From Eledone cirrhosa (taxonomy: Eukaryota): DNA of 64,000 bases. The DNA is taken from positions 34,658,001-34,722,000 of the forward strand of contig OZ024748.1 in the NCBI GenBank assembly GCA_964016885.1. Reading direction: 5' to 3'. The notes beneath the pieces are model-generated. The model was given only the letters and a program-made list of their open reading frames with translations. It did no database searches and was not told where the DNA came from. Of the stretch, positions 53,317-64,000 are shown one piece after another; within the stretch, counting starts at the first letter, position 1, and each line of letters opens with the position of its first letter. The position numbers were made by a program, and so were the translations under genes.

Positions 53317-55283
53317 GTTCTTTGAGTCTCAGTCATTGATGTTGGTTAACTGGAAAGTTTGTTGAAATGAATATCAAGCCACTACCTGCAGCCTCAGATA
53401 TTCAGGACGTATCGGAGGGTTCTTGCTGTTCCCAGCAAGCATGCCTTTTGAAGTGTTCCAAAAAGTGGGGCTGGACCAATTTTCTTTAACCATCCTTGGA
53501 AACTCTTTGAGATAGTACCTAGTGCACCTATGACAATCGGGACCACTTTGACCTCCTGGCAGTTCCAAATCCTTTTTACCTCCCACTTCAAGTCCTGGTA
53601 TCGGTTAATTTTCTCTCTCTCCTTCTCTTGCACTCTCGTGTCGAATGGGCAGGCCACATCTACAATCAGGCACGATCTTTTTCCCTTGTCCAAAACCACC
53701 AGGTCAGGTCTATTGTGTTCCAGTTTCTTGTCCGTCCGTATCCTAAAATCCCACAGCACCTTCACCTGATCGTTTCCATCACCGACTCTGGCTTATGCTC
53801 ATACCACTTCTCAGAATGTGGTAAATTGTTTACTTTGCATAAGTGCCAGTGGATCACGCTGCCCATCACATCATGTCTCCAGCTCTTATAGTGAGTCTGG
53901 GCTAGGTGTTTACACTCGGATACAATGTGAGCCACAGTCTCCTCTCTCTCTCCACAGATCCTACACAGTGGGCTAGCCTCCTCCTTGTAAATATGGTGTT
54001 TCAGCCACTTCGTTTTGAGGGCCTGCTCTTGCGCAGCCATTATCATTCCTTCTGTAGCCTTTTTAAGGTCTCCTCTTTTCAACCAGTTCCATGTCTGTGG
54101 ATCTCTAAATTCAGTTTTCTCAAAGAAGGCACTATGAAGGGATTTTTCATGAAGGTTTCTCTTTCTCCTTGTTGTTATTTCCTCCCTGGATATCCCCTGG
54201 TCTATTGTCCTCTCCTTCAGTACAATTCTGAGCATTGGCTCCCTACTATCAGTCACGTATTTGTGTAGGTTGTTTTTCTCCACCTGAACACAGTCCTCTA
54301 TGCTGATAAGACCTCTTCCACCTTCAGATCTCCTTAAGTAGAGTCTATCGACATCACTCCTTTTGTGGAACATGTTGTAGATAGTCAATAGCTTCCTAGT
54401 CTTCCTATCCATTTCTTTTTGTTCAGCAACATTCCATCTCAGAATTCCCGCACTGTACCTAATAATAGACACAGCTCGGGAATTCACTGCACTTATGGCA
54501 TTCCTACTGTTCAGATGTGACTTTAATGCGCTCCTTACTCTCCGAATGTATTCAGATCTTATCAATTCCTTCATTTTTTGGTTTTTGATGTCATCAGCCT
54601 CCAGAACACCTAAATACTTGTATCCCTCTTCAGTATCAATTTCCTTTATCTTCTCACCTGTTGGTATCTGGATTCCGTTGCTTCTGCTAAATTTACCCCT
54701 CTTCATCACAAGGACTCCACACTTACTAATACCAAATTGCATACATATATCGTTGCTGAAAATACGGACAGTGTCAACAAGCACATCCAACTCCCTCTCA
54801 CTCTTCCCGAAGAGCTTAAGATCGTCCATGAAGAGGAGGTGATTGATGGTAAGCTCTCCCTTTCCCAACTTGTATCCTGCCCTCACTTTTCGCAGTACAA
54901 TGGTCAGGGGGATCAGGGCAAGGACAAACAACAGAGGGGACAAACTATCTCCCTGGAAGATACCTCTCTTGATCCTCACGCCTCCCAATGATTCTCCGCC
55001 TGATGTTAACTTTGTTTTCCAGGACTTCATACTTTTGCTCAACAACTGTCTGATGTTATCTGCCACCCTGAAGATCTCTAGGCTTTTGGTTATCCAAGAA
55101 TGAGGTACCATGTCGAATGCCTTTTTGTAGTCTATCCATCCCATGGCAAGACCAGTGTGTCTCCTCCTGCAATTCCTCATTACCATTTTATCAATAAGTA
55201 ACTGGTCCTTTGCAGCATGGGACTTCTTTCGGCATCCTTTCTGTTCGTCCGGTAACAAGTTGTTTTTGTGGAGGTGATGGAAG
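53317..55283 (-). mobile_element. R4/Dong-like non-LTR retrotransposon, family B, 5'-truncated (RT, zinc knuckle, restriction-like endonuclease)
   Basis: ORF 53762-55258 has [47 protein letters not shown] and GGRGL. Frameshift near 53765 into the endonuclease ORF 53394-53765. (TAA)n at both ends. Confidence 0.95.
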
Positions 55284-55335
<52 letters not shown>

Positions 55336-55339
<4 letters not shown>

Positions 55340-55443
55340 AATCCAGCCGAGATTAACTTTGCCTTTCATACTTACGGGGTCGATAAAATAAAGTACCAGT
55401 AATGTACTGGGTAATTGCTGGCCTTGTGCCTAAAGTAGAAACA

Positions 55444-55445
<2 letters not shown>
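55336..55445 (+). mobile_element. Family 1 SINE, 5'-truncated, followed by (ATT)n
   Basis: TTCAAATCCAGCCGAGATTAACTTTGCC...GGCCTTGTGCCTAAAGTAGAAACAATTATT. Confidence 0.9.
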
Positions 55446-55500
<55 letters not shown>

Positions 55501-55505
55501 TACAG

Positions 55506-55585
55506 ATTCGCCAAAGGAGAACTATGAAAGGAGGGCGTCTTTCCACAACACATTCATACCTTCACGAGGCAAGCGATCCACATAA
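55506..55585 (+). CDS. TKRP: TKRP precursor terminal coding exon with the seventh peptide ASFHNTFIPSR-amide
   Basis: Acceptor TTTACAG|AT; G+AT gives Asp in phase with the donor at 28438. Reads DSPKENYE-RR-ASFHNTFIPSR-GKR-ST*. AATAAA at 55601, 55611 and 56055. Confidence 0.92.
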
Positions 55586-56929
55586 ACAGACCTGATACAA
55601 AATAAAACAAAATAAAACAAACACTTGTTGAGCTTGAGTGACAATTACCGACTCTGAAACTATTTTCCATTCCTCCCAACTACCACTACTACTACTATTA
55701 CTACTACTACCACTACCTCTCTACCACTCTTACCCACCCTTAACCACATCTGATTAAATTAATTAACTAATCAACCATGATTGCTGCCATCTTGTCCACT
55801 GGTTGCGATAGGATACGATGGGATTCGACGAGATTTGACGAGATGTAGTCTGCTTAAAAAAAAACGCTTCGCGTATTAACTTGACGTAATAATCTCTTGC
55901 TACACAAAAGATGCTACGTGTAATTTACAGAACGTTTTTTGTCGTTTTTTTTTAAATTAATTAATTGATTATAATTCTTCCAGTGTTTTCCATAATGGAT
56001 CCTGCGATTAATCTAGGTTGTATAACTATTTTAAAAAATTAAGTTTTCTTTGGAAATAAATCATTCGATAAAGAATTATGAAACAAAACACTGTTGTCGT
56101 TTTACTCGTTTTTAAATTGTGTTTCTGTATTTATATTTCTGTCAGTTTGTCTATCTGTATGCTTCTGTGTGAGGAGAGGCTGAGACTGTAAAAACGAGAG
56201 AATCTATTTGTCTGTCTGTCCGTCTAAATGTTAATCAGCCTACATATGTTGATATTTTCTATGTTCTCAGTTCAAATCTTACCGAGTTCAACTTTGCTTT
56301 TCATCCCTCCGGGGCCGATGAAATAAAGTATCAGTCAAGAGTGTTGGGCTGACGGAATCGTTAGAGCAATATTTGTTCCGGCTCTTTGGTTTCTGAACTC
56401 AACTTCCACTGTGACTTGCTTCAATGGTAGACTTAATCCGTCGTCCTCAATAGGACTACCTGCTACTTGGCTACCTTCAGTAGAATCCATTCTATTGCAA
56501 ACATTTAGACAGTCACTGGTTTGAGAATAATTTCCACCCTCCCTACTAGAAGTCGCGGTGACTTTGAAAAGGGTCATATTAAGAAAGGTGAGGGCAAGGC
56601 AGAACCTAAGTGATTAAAATATGTGTGTGCACATCTTCAGGTGTGGATGCAGCGTGGCCCAATTGTTAAGTTCTCTTTTCGCAACAATTAAGTCCAGAAT
56701 AAGATCCCACTACGTAGGATATTGGGCAAATATCATTCATTATATTCTCGAGTCGACCCATGCCTAGTGAGTGAAATTAGGTAGACGGAAATTGTTTCTA
56801 AACCCATCGGATGGGCTGTATCTGTAATTTAAAGAATCAGGCCTCGTCACGCATGGTATCATGCGGAATTTTATCAAATTTGGTTGAGAAATTGTGACGT
56901 TTTTAAAACAAACAGAAACATACTTTTGA

Positions 56930-57428
56930 ATAGATGGATGGATTGGTGAATGAATGGATATATTGGTGGACGGATGGATGAATGGATGGATTGGTGGACT
57001 GATGGATGAATGGATGGATTGGTGGACGGATGGATGAATGGATGGATTGGTGGACTGATGGATGAATGGATGGATTGGTGGACTGATGGATGAATGGATG
57101 GATTGGTGGACGGATGGATGAATGGATGGATTGGTGGACTGATGGATGAATGGATGGATTGGTGGACGGATGGATGAATGGATGGATTGGTGGACTGATG
57201 GATGAATGGATGGATTGGTGGACTGATGGATGAATGGATGGATTGGTGGACTGATGGATGAATGGATGGATTGGTGGACTGATGGATGAATGGATGGATT
57301 GGTGGACGGATGGATGAATGGATGGATTGGTGGACTGATGGATGAATGGATGGATTGGTGGACGGATGGATGAATGGATGGATTGGTGGACTGATGGATG
57401 AATGGATGGATTGGTGGACTGATGGATG
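56930..57428. repeat. 28-bp minisatellite GATGGATGAATGGATGGATTGGTGGACK, about 17 copies, derived from (GGAT)n
   Basis: Direct inspection. Confidence 0.95.
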
Positions 57429-57946
57429 TTATTATGTTGTTAATATTTCTACCTTAAAGACAGGATCAGCTCTAAAGAAGCAAGAACAGTTCTTTCATTG
57501 GAAATCAAATGGAGAAACTCGAGGAACTTTAAATAAAATCTACTTCGACAGGAATTATTAGTTTTACCAATTCTACCAACAGCACTAATATGGAGATAAC
57601 AAGGAAGCTTTAATAGGGTTACTCGACATATTAGAAACTGCTACCAAATCTCCTTAAATCTTATAATCGGACACATTGGATACACAATGCCTGGAAGAGA
57701 TGTAGCTCCTGGTGATATATATCACTTTCCACAGAGAGAGGGGGAGAGAGAGGTGAGTGATAGAAGGGAGAGAGGGTGTGAGAATGAGAGAGAGGGGCGA
57801 GTGAGAGTGAGAGAAGGGAGAGAGGGGGTGGTGGGAATGAGAGAGAGGGGGTGAGGAGTGGGAATGAGGGAGATAGAGGGGGAGTGAGAATGAGGGAGAG
57901 AGAAGGGAGAGAGGGGGGGGGGGGTGAGAATAAGAGAGAGAGGGAA

Positions 57947-57992
<46 letters not shown>

Positions 57993-57994
57993 AG

Positions 57995-58076
<82 letters not shown>

Positions 58077-58114
58077 GAGAGAGAGAAAGAAAGAAAGAGA
58101 GAGAGAGAGAGAGG

Positions 58115-58158
<44 letters not shown>

Positions 58159-58794
58159 AATACACGTTTACACTTCAGAAACTCAGAAAGGCAACTTCAT
58201 TAAGTTGTTGCCCAGGTTGCCAAAGGCCAAACAACCCGTAAATGTTGAGCCACCTCCACAGAGAACTCCTCATACATGAATTAATAAAAGAGCATTAATA
58301 AAGTCGCTTGACTTGATAGAAACAGAAACCAAAGATTAGTTTTTGTAATTTTAGTTAAACTATGTTGATACACGGGTTGATCACGCTGGAACATCTTTAA
58401 AAATAGGTCTTCAAAATCGGACTTGACCTGGGGCTAAATGTACCACACCTTCGTACTGCAAACTCTACAGTGTATCCCTTTCGTCACCCAAAACTTACCC
58501 TATCATTCTCCTCGGGGTTTATCAGGGCCCATTCTGATTTTGTTCTGGGGAGCTGTAATTCTTTTGAAAAACTAGATTTAAATCCTGACCCTCACAATGC
58601 TTTGAAGAGTTCCATCTTTATGGAAAACAGAAGAATGGGTTGTTTAGTATAACGAATGTAATTCGTGAGTCAACAATTCTCAGCTCATTTTCAGTTTCTC
58701 AGAAGTTATGAAAGATTATGGTTAATATCTAGAGGAAGACGTCACTTAACGCTGGGGAAGATGGGATAATTCCCATATACATTAAACTACAGCA

Positions 58795-58936
58795 TAGAGT
58801 TACGGCCCTTTATGGTCTAAGTTCAAATCTCGCCGAGGTTAACTTTGCCTTTCATCCTTACGGAGTCGATAAAATAAAGTACCAGTAATACACTGGAATA
58901 ATTGCTGGCCTTGTGCCTAAAGTAGAAACAATTATT
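58795..58936 (+). mobile_element. Family 1 SINE, 5'-truncated
   Basis: AGTTCAAATCTCGCCGAGGTTAACTTTGCC...GGCCTTGTGCCTAAAGTAGAAACAATTATT. Confidence 0.9.
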
Positions 58937-59772
58937 AAACTAGTTTATCCCATCATATGTTGTGATGTACGTTTCGATATCTTTGTTTCGTCAGTACAGT
59001 TCATAAACGATTATATTTATCTTATTAGTGAATTTAAGTCAAACCTTTTCAAATGTGTGTGTGTGTGTGTTTGCTGAACATATCTTTTCATTTTCCTTGG
59101 TATTTCACTCTGGCACCCAATTCCACTGTCTCTTGTTAACCGACTCCCTGCTTCTCGCAATTTCTACTCTCTGGAATACCTACATAATAAATAGTATTAA
59201 TCTCTTCACCCCGCCTCTCATATATATTTAGCGATGCTGTCTTTCATGCATCGAAATCGCTGTGATCTCCGTCACAGCAGAAGGAAGAGGGATGTCAGAG
59301 TATGGTTCTATTGTCTGTCTATGTCACGTGTGCTCGGATTTTGTAGAGTGTGTATGTGTGCGCGCGCGCATGTGTATGTGTGCGCGCGCGCATGCGTCTA
59401 CGTATATATGGTGGTAAGTGTGCCTGTCAGCAGCCTCCTCGTATATTGTCACGCGATATCAACGTAACTGGTTATCGGCTGACAAAGGAGATTAGTGGTG
59501 ATTGTTAGAGGCTACACGACAATTCGATTACTCCTGTATATACGACAGAGTCTCCAACAAATCCAATATTAAGACTTAATCCCCATTTATTAATCAATTG
59601 TCCTCCCCTTTTCATATTTATCCCCCGTTCAAATCTGCTTACTCTCGCTCACTCTTTCATTGTAGATAATTTCTCTTTCTATCTCTCTATAACTTACACA
59701 CACACGCACACGCACACATACACACACACACTCTCTCTCTCTCTCTCTGTATTTGTGTGCGTGCATGTATGT

Positions 59773-59867
<95 letters not shown>

Positions 59868-59878
59868 CATATATATAT

Positions 59879-60005
<127 letters not shown>

Positions 60006-60780
60006 GGGGGTTATTGACTTTCAGGATTATAAATAACAACAAACAGTTACTGATGCAGGGACTCAAAACTGACAGTAGAATCGAATTTTTGTATTGACTG
60101 GTACTCCGAGAGGAAAGGAGAGCGAGAGAAAGAAAGAGAGGCATATAGAGATAGCAAAATAGAGAGAGACACACACACATAGACAGACAGATACAGACTG
60201 GCTTCGTTTGCCTAATGCGATGAAAACTGGGATGAGCTTTTCTGCTCCACAGTATATTTTCCGCTGTCTGTAGTAGGTGGAAATGTAAAATATATTGAAT
60301 ATACATCATATAGTGTGTGTGTGCAATCAATATAACTATTAGACTTGCAAAGATGTTCGATGTCTAAAGGAAAATAGTCAGCTCTTCATTGATCTGAGAT
60401 TCACAACGCTATTCAGATGATTACCAATGCATATAAAAAGTGAAGCGTCATTTAAGCATACAAACATACACCCACGTACTCACGCACACACCACACACAC
60501 CTACGCGCGCGCATATATATATATATACGAGATGTGAGGAACATACAAGTGGATCGAAGATAAACAATTTAATGCTAGAAAATACGAAGCCGTTCACTCT
60601 TGGCCCTAAACACAAACACAACGCAAGAAGGATAAACATCTCTCGGAGGGGTTGCAGTATTAACACCAGTGCGTGTCATGGGGTTAATATGAGTTTCGTG
60701 TGGTGTTTCATGAGTCTATCAGCAGTACGCCAGGGTGTTTAATATACTGCCAAAAGACATGATACATGTAAGATTTCAAG

Positions 60781-63700
60781 CAGCATCAAAACATTCTACT
60801 ACACAACAACCCACATGAAGCCACATCAAAACATTCTGTTACCCAACATCCCACATGAAGCCACATCACAACATTCTACTACCCAACATCCCAGATGAGG
60901 CCACATCACAACATTCTGTTACACAACATCCCACATGAGGCCACATCACAACATTATGTTACCCAACATCCCACATGAGACCACATCACGACATTCTATT
61001 ACCCAACATCCCAAATGAGGCCACATCACAACATTCTACTACCCAACATCCCACATGAGGCCACATCACAACGTTCTAATACCAGACATCCCACATGAGG
61101 CCACATCACAACATTCTGTAACACAACATCCCACATGAGGCCACATCACAACATTCTATAACCCAACATCCCAGATAAGGCCACATCACAACATTCTACT
61201 ACACAACATCCCACATGAAGCGACATGACAACATTCTACAACCCAACATCCCACATGAGGCCACATCACAACATTCTGTTACACAACATACCACGTGAGG
61301 CCACACCACAACATTCTACTACCCAACATCGCAGATAAGGCCACATCACAAATTTCTGTTACCCAACATCCCACATGAGGCCACATCACAACATTCTACT
61401 ACCCAACATCCCACATGAGGCCACATCAAAACATTCTGTTACCCAACAACACAGATGAGGCCACATCACAACATTCTACTAGCCAACATCCCACATGAGG
61501 CCACATCACAACATTCTGTTACGCAACAACCCACATGAGGCCACATCACAACATTCTACTACCCAACATCCCACATGAGGCCACATCACAACATTCTGTT
61601 ACCCAACATCCCACATCAGGCCACATCACAGCATTCTACTACACAACATCCCAAATGAGGCCACATCACGGCATTCTCTTAACCAACATCCCATATGAGG
61701 CGACATCACAACATTCTACTACGCAACATCCCACATGAAGCCACATCACGGCAGACTGTTAACAAACAACCCACATGACTACATATCACGGCATTCTGTT
61801 ACCCAACATCCCAGATTAGACCACATCACAACATTCTGCTATTCAACATCCCACATGAGGCCACATCACGGCATTCTGTTAACCGACATCCCACATGAGG
61901 CCACATCACAACATTCTACTACCCAACATCGCACATGAGACTACAACACAACATTCTGCTACCCAACATCCCACGTGAGGCCACATCACAAAATTCATTT
62001 ACCCAACATCCCACATGAGGCCACATCACAACATTCTACTACCCAACATCACACATGCGGCCACATCACAACATTCTGTTACCCTACATCCCACATGAGG
62101 CCACATCACAACATTCTACTATCCAACATCCCATATGAGGCCACAGCAGGCCATTCTTTTACCTAACATCCCACATGGGGCCACATCACAACATTCTGTT
62201 ACACGACATCCAAAATGAGGCCACATCACGGCATTCTATTACCCAACATCCAACATGGGGCAACATCACAACATTCTGTTACCCAACATCCCACATTAGG
62301 CCATATCACGGCATTCTGATACCCAACATCCCACATGACGCCACATTACGGCATTATGTTACCCAACATCACACATGAGGCCACATCACAACATTCTGTT
62401 ACCCAACATCTCACATGAGGCCACATCACAACATTCTGTTACCCAACATCCCACATGAGGCCACATCACAACATTCTGTTACCCAGCATCCCACATGAGG
62501 CCACAACACGGCATTCAGTTACCCAACATCCCACATGAGGCCACATCACGGCATTCTGTTACCCAAAACCCCACATGAGGCCACATCACATATTTCTACT
62601 ACCCAACTTCCTACATGAGGCCACATCACGTCATTCTGCTACCCAACATCCCACATGAGGCCACATAACAACATTCTAACTCCCAACATCTCACATGAGG
62701 CCACATCAAAACATTCTGCTACCCAACTTCCCACATGAGGCCACATCACGGCATTCTGTTAGCCAACATACAACATGAGATGAAATCACAACATTCTACT
62801 ACCCAACATCCCACATGAGATCACATCTCAACATTATGTTACCCTACATCCCACATGAGGCACATCACAGCATTCTGTAACCCAACATCCCACATGAGGC
62901 CACATCACGGCATTCTGTTTGCCAACATCCCACATGAGGCCACATCACGGCATTGAGTTACCTAAAATCCCACAAGAGGCAACATCACGTCATTCTGTTA
63001 CCCAACAACCCACATGAGGCCACATCACAACATTCTGTTACCCAACATCCCACATGAGGCCACATCACGGCATTATTTTATCCAACATCCCAATTGAGGC
63101 CACATCACCACATTCTACTACCCAACATCCCACATGAGGCCACATCACGACATTCTTTTACCCAACATACCACATGAGGCCACATCACGGCATTCTGTTC
63201 CCCAACATTCCACATGAAGCCATATCACAACATTCTGTTACCCAACATCCCACAGGAGGCCACATCACGGCATTCTGTTACCCAACATCCCATATGAGGC
63301 CAAATCACAACATTCTACTACCCAACATGCCACATGACTACACATCACGGCATTCTGTTACCCAACAATCCACATGAGTCCACATTACAACATTCTGTTA
63401 CCGAACACCCCACATGAGGCCACATCACGGCATTCTGTTACCCAACATCCCACATGAGGCCATATCACGGCATTCTGTTACCCAACATCCCACATTAGAC
63501 AACATCACAACATTCTGCTATCCAACATCCCAGATGAGGCCACATCACGGCATTATGTTACCCGACATCCCACATGAGGCCACATCACAACATTCTACTA
63601 CCCAACATCCCACATGAGGCTACATTACAACATTCTGCTACGCAACATCCCACATGAGGCCACATTACGGCATTCTGTTACCCAACATCCCAAATGAGGC

Positions 63701-64000
63701 CACATCAAACATTCTGTTACCCAACATTCCAGATGAGGCCACATCACGGGATTCTGTTTACCAACATCACACATGAGGGCACACCACACCATTCTACTAC
63801 CCAACATCCCACATGAGGCCACATCACAACATTCTACTACCCAACATGCCACATGAGGCCACATCACAACATTCTAAAACCCAACATCCCACATGAGGCT
63901 ACATCACAATATTCTGCTACCCAACATCCCACATGAGGCCACATCACAACATTCTAATAGCCAACATCCCGCATGAGGCCACATCACAACATTATGCTAC
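60781..64000. repeat. 40-bp satellite CCACATCACAACATTCTGTTACCCAACATCCCACATGAGG, about 80 copies; runs off the window end
   Basis: Regular 40-bp period; units visibly more diverged than in the other arrays. Confidence 0.98.

Noticed and set aside
50287-55258. Two convergent reverse transcriptases as a functional RT system
   Set aside because: Both are 5'-truncated LINE copies with stops or frameshifts; a shared (ATT)n target explains their adjacency.
61535-63867. Repeated ORFs of about 67 aa starting MRPHH
   Set aside because: Produced by frame cycling through the 40-bp satellite.

Overview
Eukaryotic, repeat-dominated genomic DNA, very likely from an octopod cephalopod (octopus-type tachykinin-related peptides, octopus-like tRNA-SINEs, dense microsatellites). 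About half the window is tandem satellite (15.4 kb GGT/GTT compound repeat, 7.5 kb 24-mer, 3.2 kb 40-mer, 1.7 kb 30-mer and smaller arrays), which produces nearly all the long ORFs; these are artefacts. The one host gene I can support is a tachykinin-related peptide (TKRP) precursor on the + strand. Its exon at 27880-28438 encodes six FxxxR-amide peptides and splices in phase across a 27 kb intron to a small terminal exon at 55506-55585, absent from the ORF track, that encodes a seventh peptide. I could not find the signal-peptide exon. The intron and its flanks hold non-LTR retroelements sitting in microsatellites (R4/Dong-like, Tx1/L1-like, CRE-like, RTE-derived, tRNA-SINEs), two apparent template-switch chimeras, tiny MITE-like hairpins and an apparently intact minimal hammerhead ribozyme on the pre-mRNA strand. 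Family names come from my recognition of motifs, not from database searches.
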